Shown: positions 8,037 through 16,053 of the stretch, in pieces
Numbering within the stretch: position 1 is the stretch's first letter
Layout: every line of letters starts with the position of its first letter
From: Gammaproteobacteria bacterium
GTDB lineage: Bacteria; Pseudomonadota; Gammaproteobacteria; Steroidobacterales; Steroidobacteraceae
Assembly: GCA_043751915.1 (NCBI GenBank)
Contig: JAYUZI010000081.1
Coordinates: 1-35,558, forward strand
Reading direction: 5' to 3'
Length of the DNA: 35,558 bases
The notes under the pieces: generated by a model
Told to the model about the DNA's origin: nothing
The model's input: only the letters and a program-made list of their open reading frames with translations
Databases searched by the model: none
Made by a program: the position numbers and the translations under genes

Positions 8037-9196
8037 AGTACCTGCAGCTGGTCTGGGCGGCGCTGCTGCGGCGCAAGACGCGCACGTTGTTCACGCTGCT
8101 GTCGGTGGTGGCGGCCTTTCTGCTGTTCGGCCTGCTCGACTCGGTGCGTGGCGCCTTCGCCGGCGCGGGCAGCAGCGTCGCCGGGCTCAATCGTCTGGTG
8201 ACGATTTCCAAGATCACCTTTACCATGCAGTTGCCCAAGAGCCTGCTGGAACGCATCCGGGCCGTGCCCGGGGTCGCGGACGTGACCTACGCCAACTGGT
8301 TCGGCGGCATCTACCAGGACCCGAAGAACTTTTTCCCCAACGAGGCCGTGGCGCCGAACTTCCTGGATGCCTATCCGGAATGGCGCATGAGCCCCGAGCA
8401 GCGCGCCGCGTTTCGCAATACCCGCACCGGTGCCGTGGTCGGCGCGGCGCTTGCGAAGCAGTTCAACTGGAAGCTGGGCGACAAGATCCCCCTGCAGGGA
8501 ACCATCTTTCCGCAAAAGGATGGCAACAACACCTGGACGCTCGACCTGGTCGGAATCTATCGCGTCGCCGATCCGAAGCAGCGCGCGCAGGAGAACGCGC
8601 TGCTGTTCAACTGGGACTATTTCGACGAGGCGCGCGCCTTCGGCAACGGGAGCGTGGGCTGGTACGTGGTCAAGGTGGGTGATCCGGCGCGGGCCGACGC
8701 GATCGCACAGGCGATCGACGCGATTTCCGTCAATTCCGATCATGAAACCAAGACGCAGAGCGAGCGCGCCTTCCAGCTCGCCTTCGCCAGCCAGTTTGGC
8801 GATATCGGCCTGATCGTCGGCGCGATCATGGCGGCGGTGTTCTTTACGCTGATCCTGCTGACCGGCAACACCATGGCCCAGGCGGTGCGCGAGCGCATAC
8901 CCGAGCTGGCGATACTCAAGACGATCGGCTTTACCAGCGGCAGCGTGCTCGGGCTCTTGCTGGCCGAGTCGATTCTGCTGCTGCTCCTGGGCGGCGTGAT
9001 CGGGGTCCTCCTGGCCGGCAGCGTCGCGGCGGCGCTGGAGGCGACCAGCGGCTTCGTGCTGCCGCCGATCGTGTCGGCGGCCGCGGTTTGGGTGCGGTCG
9101 CTTGGCATGATGGTCCTGATAGGCGTCGCGGTCGGCGCATTGCCGGCTTACCGCGGGCTGCGCCTGCGCATCGTCGACGCGCTGGCGGGGCGCTGA
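8033..9196 (+). CDS. ABC transporter permease, FtsX/MacB-type (4 TM with a periplasmic domain), copy 1
   Basis: GTGA overlap with the ATPase stop. The N-terminal motif is LRRKTRTLFTLLSVVAAFLL. A large periplasmic domain precedes the C-terminal FtsX block (ERIPELAILKTIGFTSGSV). Confidence 0.88.
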   Translation: MKYLQLVWAALLRRKTRTLFTLLSVVAAFLLFGLLDSVRGAFAGAGSSVAGLNRLVTISKITFTMQLPKSLLERIRAVPGVADVTYANWFGGIYQDPKNFFPNEAVAPNFLDAYPEWRMSPEQRAAFRNTRTGAVVGAALAKQFNWKLGDKIPLQGTIFPQKDGNNTWTLDLVGIYRVADPKQRAQENALLFNWDYFDEARAFGNGSVGWYVVKVGDPARADAIAQAIDAISVNSDHETKTQSERAFQLAFASQFGDIGLIVGAIMAAVFFTLILLTGNTMAQAVRERIPELAILKTIGFTSGSVLGLLLAESILLLLLGGVIGVLLAGSVAAALEATSGFVLPPIVSAAAVWVRSLGMMVLIGVAVGALPAYRGLRLRIVDALAGR

Positions 9197-9204
9197 GTCC
9201 GATC

Positions 9205-10536
9205 ATGGCGCAGCGTCGTAACCGCTGGACCGAGATGGCCGCGTGGCTCGGAATTTGGTTGCTGGTGATCGCCGCGCTGGCGCTGCTCCTCTCGGTGCCT
9301 GGCTGGGTGCTGCCGCTGTTGCTGCTGCCGCTGGCGGCCTGGCTGGCTGGCACGCGCACCGGGCGCCAGGCCTGGTCCGCGACGCAGGTGGGTATTTCAA
9401 CGATCCCGCGGCGGCTGGGTTCGTCCTCGGTGGTGGTCGTCGGCATCGCAGGTGTGGTCGGCGTGCTGGTCGCGCTGCTCGCCATGGGCGCTGGATTCTC
9501 GGCGACGCTCCGCCAGGGCGGGAGCGACGACACGGCGATCGTGCTGCGCGCCGGAGCGCAAACCGAACTCAACTCCGTGCTCAGCCACGACACCATGGTG
9601 CTGGTGTCGCAGCAGCCGCAGGTGCAGCAGACCACGGCGGGCCAGCCGATTGCCTCGAGCGAATTGGTGGTGGTCGCCGCGCTTGCCAAGCGCAGCACCG
9701 GGCTTGATGCCAATGTCGAGCTGCGCGGCGTGGGCGAGCGCGCCTGGGACCTGCGACCGAAGCTGCGCATGGTGGCCGGCCGCCGCTTCACGGCGGGGCT
9801 GCGGGAGCTGATCGTCGGCAAGCGGGCGCAGGAAGAGTTCGCCGGCGTGAGTGTCGGCTCGACGCTCAAGCTCAACGGGCAGCTGTGGCAGGTGGTGGGC
9901 GAGTTCGAGGCCGGGGATGCCACCGATTCGGACCTGTGGGGCGACGTCGATGTGGTCGGGCCCACCTACCGGCGCGGCGGCAGTTCGACCTCGGTCACCG
10001 TCAAGCTCACCAGCGCCGGTGCCTTCCAGGCTTTCAAGGCGGCGCTGGCCACTGATCCGCGCCTCAAGGTCGACGTCAAGACCACGCGCGACTATTTCAG
10101 CGAACAATCCGCGCAACTGACCAAGCTGATCACGGTGCTGGGCACGGCCATCGGACTCATCATGGCGATCGGCGCCGTGTTCGGTGCACTCAACAGCATG
10201 TATGCCGCGGTAGCCTCGCGGACGCGCGAGATCGCCACGCTCCGTGCCGTCGGGTTTCGCGCGACGCCCGTGGTGGTCTCGGTCATGCTCGAGACCATGC
10301 TGCTGGCGCTGCTGGGCGGCGTGCTCGGGGCTGCCATTGCCTGGGTGCTGTTCGATAATTACACCGCGTCCACGCTGGGCGCGAATTTCACGCAGATCGT
10401 TTTCGCGTTCCAGGTGTCGCCCGAACTGCTGTGGCGCGGGCTGAAGTGGGCGCTGGCGATGGGCCTGCTCGGCGGGCTGTTTCCCGCGCTGCGCGCCGCA
10501 CGCATGTCGGTGACCGAGGGGCTGCGCGAACTCTAG
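9205..10536 (+). CDS. ABC transporter permease, FtsX/MacB-type, copy 2, with an N-terminal hydrophobic extension of about 61 aa
   Basis: The FtsX block is SRTREIATLRAVGFRATPV. The canonical N-terminus (IPRRLGSSSVVVVGIAGV) begins near GTG 9388. ATG 9205 adds two further hydrophobic segments. ORF start 9088 overlaps the upstream gene and is unlikely. Confidence 0.8.
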   Translation: MAQRRNRWTEMAAWLGIWLLVIAALALLLSVPGWVLPLLLLPLAAWLAGTRTGRQAWSATQVGISTIPRRLGSSSVVVVGIAGVVGVLVALLAMGAGFSATLRQGGSDDTAIVLRAGAQTELNSVLSHDTMVLVSQQPQVQQTTAGQPIASSELVVVAALAKRSTGLDANVELRGVGERAWDLRPKLRMVAGRRFTAGLRELIVGKRAQEEFAGVSVGSTLKLNGQLWQVVGEFEAGDATDSDLWGDVDVVGPTYRRGGSSTSVTVKLTSAGAFQAFKAALATDPRLKVDVKTTRDYFSEQSAQLTKLITVLGTAIGLIMAIGAVFGALNSMYAAVASRTREIATLRAVGFRATPVVVSVMLETMLLALLGGVLGAAIAWVLFDNYTASTLGANFTQIVFAFQVSPELLWRGLKWALAMGLLGGLFPALRAARMSVTEGLREL

Positions 10537-10566
10537 CGGCCGCATCCGGCCCACGTCGTAGCCGCG

Positions 10567-11484
10567 TCACGGCGCCGGCGGCAGCTCCATGGTGGCCTCA
10601 GTGACGATCCTGGCGCCGCCGGCGATGCGCACGCGGCGCACGTTGCCAGCGTCGCGTTCGACCCGCACTTCAATCACGCCCGCGCGCCCCATGTGGTGGC
10701 CCTGGCGGGAGATAAATTCCAGCTGGCCTGCGCGCTCGGGTACGCGCTGGAGCGCCAGCAGGTGCATCGCCAGCAGCGTGTGGGCGTTGCCGCTGACCGG
10801 ATCCTCGTCGATGCCAATGGCGGGACAGAACATGCGCGCTTCCGTGTCGCAGTCGGCCACCGCGGGCGCCAGCGTATAGACGAAGAATCCCGGCGGGCAG
10901 CCGGCAGCCGACAACACCGACAGCGCTGCCAGGTCGGGCTTGAGGCGTGCCAGCACCGCCCCATCACGCACGGCTATCAGCGCGCGGCTGCCGGTCGCGC
11001 CTGCCACGACGGGCGGGCAGCCCGTGTCGAGCTCATCGGGAGTCATGCCGAGCGCGGTGACAATCTGCAATAGCGTGTCGCGCGCAATAACGGCTCCGAG
11101 GATCGGCGGCGGTCGGCTGAAGGCATACCGCGTGCCCTGGGACCCAGGGAGCCTCTCGATCTCAGCCAAGCCGGCGCTTTGCTTCTGGCGTCGGCATAGC
11201 GGCAGGCCGAGTGAGTCGAGGACGGCATGCACCGCGATGGTCGCGTGGCCGACAAAAACGGTCTCGCCGCGCGGCGTGAAAAACCGTACCCGCAGGTCAT
11301 GATCGGCTCCGTCCGGCGGCAGCACGAAGGCCGTGTCGGCGCTGCCGAGTTCGCGCGCGAGCAGGGCCATCTCACGCTCGTCCAGGAGCCGCGCGTCGAG
11401 CACCACGCCGGCGGGATTGCCGGCGAACAGTTGCGTCGTGAAGGCATCGACCTGGAAAATACGCACGCGCCGCATGGTGTTCAT
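10567..11484 (-). CDS. PhzF-family isomerase-like protein
   Basis: The protein reads MNTMRRVRIFQVDAFTTQLFAGNPAGVV... and includes EDPVSGNAH. GGAGG lies 5 nt upstream of ATG 11484. The longer 436-aa ORF extension is Arg/Ser-rich junk. Confidence 0.85.
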   Translation of the reverse strand: MNTMRRVRIFQVDAFTTQLFAGNPAGVVLDARLLDEREMALLARELGSADTAFVLPPDGADHDLRVRFFTPRGETVFVGHATIAVHAVLDSLGLPLCRRQKQSAGLAEIERLPGSQGTRYAFSRPPPILGAVIARDTLLQIVTALGMTPDELDTGCPPVVAGATGSRALIAVRDGAVLARLKPDLAALSVLSAAGCPPGFFVYTLAPAVADCDTEARMFCPAIGIDEDPVSGNAHTLLAMHLLALQRVPERAGQLEFISRQGHHMGRAGVIEVRVERDAGNVRRVRIAGGARIVTEATMELPPAP

Positions 11485-11579
11485 CGGGCCTCCCGGTAGG
11501 CAACCGCGGGGGCACCGCGATCGAGCCTGCAGGCGGATGGTAACGCACTCGTGGCTCCCGCCTGTGCCGTGCGCCGCGC

Positions 11580-11608
11580 TTGCATTGTCCGGCGCAGACA
11601 AGGATAGT
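11580..11608 (+). promoter_or_regulatory. Candidate sigma70 promoter for the riboswitch-led operon
   Basis: TTGCAT (11580-11585), a 17-nt spacer and GATAGT (11603-11608). This would place the transcription start a few nt before the riboswitch. It is a pattern match only. Confidence 0.3.
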
Positions 11609-11616
11609 TCGCGACA

Positions 11617-11713
11617 CAAACCTTGGGGTGGCCCTGTGATGGGCCTGAGATGCCGCATAACCGGCGAACCCGTTGAACCTGATCCGGTTAGTACCGGCGT
11701 AGGGAGCAGGTCC
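11617..11713 (+). promoter_or_regulatory. TPP (thiamine pyrophosphate, THI-box) riboswitch
   Basis: The conserved elements are all present in order. They are GGGGUG, then the hairpin GCCC-UGUGAU-GGGC, then CUGAGA, then a variable hairpin GCCG-CAUAAC-CGGC. The conserved block ACCCGUUGAACCUGAUCCGGUUAGUACCGGCGUAGGGA follows and includes the P5 hairpin CCGG-UUAGUA-CCGG. Confidence 0.9.
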
Positions 11714-13825
11714 TTGAATCGCCCAGCCAAGCTCGCCGTCGCCTGCATTTTTGCGGCCCTGGGTAATCCGGCGGCCGGGGTGGCGGAGCAAGCGCCCGCC
11801 CCTGAACGGCTCGAGGAGATCGTCATCCAGGCGGGCCTGCGCGCCATGCCGCTGCGCGAGTTGCCGCAGAGCATCACGGTACTCGACAGCTCGACACTGG
11901 CGGCCGCGGGCGTGCAACACCTGGAGGACGTGCTCGGCCTGGTGCCGGGCCTGAGCTGGGCGTCGGGCAGTTCGCGGCCGCGCTACTTCCAGCTGCGCGG
12001 GATCGGTGAGACCGAGCAATACCAGGGCGCGCCGAACCCTTCCGTCGGACTGCTGATCGACGACATCGATTTTTCCGGCGTCGGCACGCCTGCCACGCTC
12101 TTCGATCTCGACCGCGTCGAAGTGCTGCGCGGGCCCAGTAGTACGGTGTATGGGGCCAATGCGCTCGCCGGGCTCATCAGCCTGCGCAGCACGGATCCGG
12201 GCACGGCGCCGGAGCTACGCGCCGAAGCCACACTTGGTGACTACGGCACCAGGGCGCTGGGCGCAGTTGCAGGCGATGGGCGTGCGGACGGCTCTGCAGG
12301 CTGGCGCTTCGCGGCGCAGCGCTACCGGAGCGATGGCTTCCGCCACAATGTCTATCTGGGGCGCAATGACACCAATGGCTACGATGAAACCACGCTGCGC
12401 AGCAAGCTGGAGTGGCAGCCGCTGCCCGGCACGCGTGCCCTGCTGACGGCATTGTACGCCGATCTCGACAATGGCTACGACGCCTGGTCGGTGGACAACT
12501 CGCGCATCACGCGCTCGAACCAGCCAGGGCGCGATGCGCAGCGCTCGAGCGGCGCGTCGTTGCGCGCGACGCACGCGACCAGCACGGGTGAATGGCTCAG
12601 CATCACCAGCGCTGCGAAATCGCAGATCGAATACTCGTTCGATGGCGATTGGGGAAATGATATCTACTGGGGTGCCAGCGCGCCCTACAAGTACTTCGAG
12701 CAGCACCTGCGCGAGCGTCGTACGCTCGCGCAGGACCTGCGCTTCATCGGCGGAGATGGCGCCCTGCTGATCGGGCGTGTGCGGCCGGTCGTCGGCGTGT
12801 ATTTCCTGCGCCTGCGCGAGAGCGACGTGCAGCTCGACGCCTGGAATGACCAGTTTTACGGCGCCGGCCAGAGCCTGTTGCGGAGCGAATATGGCGCGAC
12901 CAACATCGCGCTGTACGGTTCACTTGAAATGCGGATCGCTGCGCACGGCACCCTGACGTTGGGGCTGCGTGCCGAACAGCGACGCGCGGATTACAGCGAC
13001 AGTTCCGACGCGCCGTTTGCCACCGCGCTCGACCGGCTGCCGGGTGGCAATCTCTCCTGGCTCTGGGAAGCGAACGGCGCGCGCACGTATTACGCCGCGC
13101 TCGCGCGCGGCTTCAAGGCCGGCGGCTTCAACATTGGCACCCTGATCGATCCGGCGCAGCGGCGCTTCCGCGCCGAGGCGCTCTGGAATCTCGAACTCGG
13201 CCTGCGCCAGCGCAGCCGCGACGGGACCGTGGCGCTGCAGACTGACGTCTACGCCATGCGGCGCGTGGCGATGCAGGTCTACACTTCGCGGCAGCTGCTT
13301 GCCGACAATCCGCTGACCTATGTGTTCTTTACCGGCAATGCCGCGCATGGCGATAACCTGGGCGTGGAGAGCGAGCTGCAGTGGCGACCCGCGGCGCACT
13401 GGGGATTTACGGCGAGCATGGCGCTGCAGGGCACGCGTTACCTGGGTTATGCCAGCGACGGACTCGACCTGCGCGGCCGCGCGCAGGCTTACGCACCAGC
13501 GTGGCAGATTGCGCTCGGCGCCAGCTACCAACATCCCTCTGGTGGTTTCGTGCGCCTCGATGCGCAGGCCCAGGACGGCTTTTACTTCAGCGCCAGCCAC
13601 AACCAGCGGGCGCAGCGCCGCGAGCTCGTGAACCTGCGCGCTGGCTGGCGCCTCCGGGGCTGGACGGCGAGCCTGTGGGCGCGCAATCTGCTCGGCGCCC
13701 GCTATGCCACGCAGGGGTTTTACTTTGGCGATGAACCGCCGGATTTTCCGGTCAAGTTGTACCTGCAGAACGGCGATCCGCGGCAGCTGGGCGTTACCGT
13801 GAGTACTGATCTTGGCCGGCGCTAG
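11714..13825 (+). CDS. TonB-dependent outer-membrane receptor (candidate thiamine/vitamin receptor)
   Basis: TTG 11714 gives a signal peptide (MNRPAKLAVACIFAALGNPAAGVA). The plug region is EEIVIQAG...ITVLD...VEVLRGPSSTVYGANALAGLI, followed by long beta-barrel repeats. The in-frame ATG 11640 lies inside the riboswitch, so I reject it. Confidence 0.85.
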   Translation: MNRPAKLAVACIFAALGNPAAGVAEQAPAPERLEEIVIQAGLRAMPLRELPQSITVLDSSTLAAAGVQHLEDVLGLVPGLSWASGSSRPRYFQLRGIGETEQYQGAPNPSVGLLIDDIDFSGVGTPATLFDLDRVEVLRGPSSTVYGANALAGLISLRSTDPGTAPELRAEATLGDYGTRALGAVAGDGRADGSAGWRFAAQRYRSDGFRHNVYLGRNDTNGYDETTLRSKLEWQPLPGTRALLTALYADLDNGYDAWSVDNSRITRSNQPGRDAQRSSGASLRATHATSTGEWLSITSAAKSQIEYSFDGDWGNDIYWGASAPYKYFEQHLRERRTLAQDLRFIGGDGALLIGRVRPVVGVYFLRLRESDVQLDAWNDQFYGAGQSLLRSEYGATNIALYGSLEMRIAAHGTLTLGLRAEQRRADYSDSSDAPFATALDRLPGGNLSWLWEANGARTYYAALARGFKAGGFNIGTLIDPAQRRFRAEALWNLELGLRQRSRDGTVALQTDVYAMRRVAMQVYTSRQLLADNPLTYVFFTGNAAHGDNLGVESELQWRPAAHWGFTASMALQGTRYLGYASDGLDLRGRAQAYAPAWQIALGASYQHPSGGFVRLDAQAQDGFYFSASHNQRAQRRELVNLRAGWRLRGWTASLWARNLLGARYATQGFYFGDEPPDFPVKLYLQNGDPRQLGVTVSTDLGRR

Positions 13826-13834
13826 GGTGAACCC

Positions 13835-14413
13835 GTGAGCGCCTGGCTGGAGCATGGACCCGAGGCCTTCGCCGTGGTGATGGGCCTCACCTATGTGCTG
13901 CTGATCCTGCGGCGCAACCGCTGGGGTTGGGTCGCGGGCGCCCTCAGTTCGTGCGTCTACGTGGGGATCGCCGCGCGCGCCCGGCTGCCGATGCAATCGG
14001 TGCTGCAGGCGTACTACGTCGTCATGTCGGTGTATGGGTGGATCAGCTGGACGCGCAATGCCGAGGAGCAGGGCGGGCGCATCTTTCGCTGGCCGCTGCG
14101 CCGGCATCTGCTGGCGGTCATGCTGATACTCGCCGCCAGCATGCTGAGCGCGCGGTTGCTGGCGTCCGAGACCCGGGCGGCCTGGCCGCTGCTCGATTCG
14201 CTGGCCACCTGGACCAGTCTCGTGGCGACCTGGCTGGTCGCGCGCTCGGTGCTCGAGAACTGGTGCTACTGGATCTGCGCGGATGTGATCATGGTGTTCC
14301 TGTTCATGCGCCAGGGCTATGTGCCCACCGCGGGGCTGTTTTCCAGCTATATCGTCATGGCCGTGTTTGGTTTTCGCGCCTGGCTGCGCCGCTACCGCCT
14401 GCAGCAGCCATGA
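13835..14413 (+). CDS. pnuC: PnuC-family transporter (PnuT-like, candidate thiamine or riboside uptake)
   Basis: This is a 192-aa polytopic protein with PnuC-like segments (YVLLILRRNRWGWVAG and NWCYWICADVIMVFLF). It starts 9 nt after the receptor gene. Confidence 0.85.
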   Translation: MSAWLEHGPEAFAVVMGLTYVLLILRRNRWGWVAGALSSCVYVGIAARARLPMQSVLQAYYVVMSVYGWISWTRNAEEQGGRIFRWPLRRHLLAVMLILAASMLSARLLASETRAAWPLLDSLATWTSLVATWLVARSVLENWCYWICADVIMVFLFMRQGYVPTAGLFSSYIVMAVFGFRAWLRRYRLQQP

Positions 14414-15246
14414 AGCCGGCAGCAGGCCCCGCGCCGCCGGCCGCCGCGCTGGCCCTGGTGCCGGGCCTGGAATCCGGCTCGCCACCGCTGCGCCTCGAAC
14501 CACTCGCCGGTGGCACCGTCAATGACAGCTGGCGGGTGGATACCGCTCGCGGCCGCTTCGTGCTGCGCGTTGATGCCGCAGCCGCGCTGCGGCCCGGAGT
14601 CGATCGCGGGCGCGAGCGTTGCCTCCACGATGTGGTCGCGAGCGCGGGCCTCGCGCCGCGGGTGCTGTTGTGGGCCGGCGCTGCGGGCGTCCAGGTTCGC
14701 GAATTCCTCGATGGGCGCATCTGGAGTGAGGCGGAAATGGCGCAGCCGGTACCGCTGGCGAGGCTCGGCGGGCGGCTGGCACAGCTGCACTCACTCGCGC
14801 CACCGGCCGTCGTTGCGCCTTTTGATCCCGGTGCCTGCGCGCAGCAGTACCTGCGGCTCATGCATGAGGCGGGCGCGGTCTCGTCGGGGGCAGACGCGGT
14901 CGCGGCCGAGGTGGGCGCGGCCGCCCTGCAGGTCAGCGCTCATGCCGTCCAGCCCGCCATTGTTCATGGCGACCTCACGCACACCAATCTGCTTGAGGGC
15001 GCTGGTCTGTGGCTCCTCGATTGGGAGTACGCGCAGTGCGCTGATCCGGTCTACGACGTTGCTTGCGTCCTGGCTTACAGTCCCGCCGCACGGCCACAGG
15101 CCACGCTTCTCATGGCGGCGGCCGGGATTGGCGGGCCGGATGCAGCCGCCCGGCTCGGCGCCGCGGTCCGTGTCTACGCGGGGTTGACCTGGCTGTGGCA
15201 CCAGGCCCGCGCCACTGGCGCCGGCGCCTCCCGATCGGCAAACTAG
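14410..15246 (+). CDS. thiK: Phosphotransferase of the APH/choline-kinase fold, ThiK-like (candidate thiamine kinase)
   Basis: ATGA overlap with the pnuC stop. It has a Brenner-type motif IVHGDLTHTNLL, then LLDWEYA, and a nucleotide-loop-like LAGGTVNDSWRV. At 278 aa it is close to E. coli ThiK (274 aa). Confidence 0.7.
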   Translation: MKPAAGPAPPAAALALVPGLESGSPPLRLEPLAGGTVNDSWRVDTARGRFVLRVDAAAALRPGVDRGRERCLHDVVASAGLAPRVLLWAGAAGVQVREFLDGRIWSEAEMAQPVPLARLGGRLAQLHSLAPPAVVAPFDPGACAQQYLRLMHEAGAVSSGADAVAAEVGAAALQVSAHAVQPAIVHGDLTHTNLLEGAGLWLLDWEYAQCADPVYDVACVLAYSPAARPQATLLMAAAGIGGPDAAARLGAAVRVYAGLTWLWHQARATGAGASRSAN

Positions 15247-15275
15247 CGCCCCCGAATAGTCCCATGGAGTGGTTC

Positions 15276-15593
15276 ATGCCCTTGTTGCGTGTCGTAGACC
15301 GTGATGGTGTCGAGCAACAGATTCAGTCACCCAATGCCGGCGTGTTGATGGAGCCGCTTCGCGACATGGACGATGGCGTCACGGCAATCTGCGGCGGCAT
15401 GTGCTCCTGCGCCACCTGTCACGTCTACATCGACGAGACCTGGGTGCAAAAGCTCCCTGCTGCCATGTCGGATGAGACCGATATGCTCAAGGACCTGGTC
15501 TCGTATCGCGGCGCAGCCTCCCGGCTCTCCTGCCAGATCCAGCTGAGCGACGCGCTCGACGGGCTGCGCGTCACGATCGCGCCGGAAGAATAG
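15276..15593 (+). CDS. [2Fe-2S] ferredoxin, adrenodoxin/putidaredoxin type
   Basis: The cluster-ligand pattern is CGGMCSCATCHVY followed by a distal LSCQ. The product is 105 aa. An alternative ATG lies at 15264. Confidence 0.85.
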   Translation: MPLLRVVDRDGVEQQIQSPNAGVLMEPLRDMDDGVTAICGGMCSCATCHVYIDETWVQKLPAAMSDETDMLKDLVSYRGAASRLSCQIQLSDALDGLRVTIAPEE

Positions 15594-15609
15594 GCGCGCG
15601 GTCACAGCC

Positions 15610-16053
15610 ATGCAGATAGTCACCTGGTTGCTGGTGCTTGCGGCGTTGGTGGCGGTGCTGCGCGTGTACCTGGGCGTGCGCCGCATGCGCCAGCAGGGCA
15701 AGGAGGACTGGGACGAGCGGCTGGTGAAAAACCTGCGCACCCAGGGCGGTGATCCGTTCAAGCCCATCGAGGTGGATTTTTTCTTCGACCTGCCGGACCA
15801 GGGCGCCTGCGAACAGGTGGCCGCGCTTATGGGTTCGCGCGACTATACGGTGGATTTTCGCCGCGTCGATCCCGAGCGCGGTGATCGTTTCACGCTGCAC
15901 GCGCTGCGCTCAATGCGCATTTCGGTGCCGGAAATGCAGGCGCTCACGCGCGAATGGGCGGCCCTGGCCGGACAGCACGGCGGCCGCTATGACGGCTGGG
16001 CCACCGCGGGCATCACACGTGCCGCGGCGCGCCGCAGCGGCAAAGAATCCTAG
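15610..16053 (+). CDS. RraB-family (ribonuclease E inhibitor-like) domain protein with an N-terminal TM helix
   Basis: The N-terminal helix is [23 protein letters not shown]. RraB-like blocks are [16 protein letters not shown] and GGRYDGWAT (compare E. coli RraB DPDALYTIEHHL and YDGWGT). Confidence 0.65.
   Translation: MQIVTWLLVLAALVAVLRVYLGVRRMRQQGKEDWDERLVKNLRTQGGDPFKPIEVDFFFDLPDQGACEQVAALMGSRDYTVDFRRVDPERGDRFTLHALRSMRISVPEMQALTREWAALAGQHGGRYDGWATAGITRAAARRSGKES

Noticed and set aside
11333-11713. N-terminal extension of the TonB-dependent receptor ORF (830 aa from 11333, or ATG 11640).
   Set aside because: The extension overlaps the PhzF gene on the opposite strand and runs straight through the TPP riboswitch. 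Only TTG 11714 yields a signal peptide. It is treated as 5' UTR.
10567-11877. The full 436-aa version of the PhzF ORF. Similar over-long versions are 27093-27992 (fdxA), 27527-29302 (Nudix), 13927-15246 (thiK-like), 5230-6015 and 22746-24473.
   Set aside because: The upstream portions overlap neighbouring genes or are Arg-rich with no similarity to the families. Internal starts give family-typical lengths, an SD or an ATGA/GTGA coupling.
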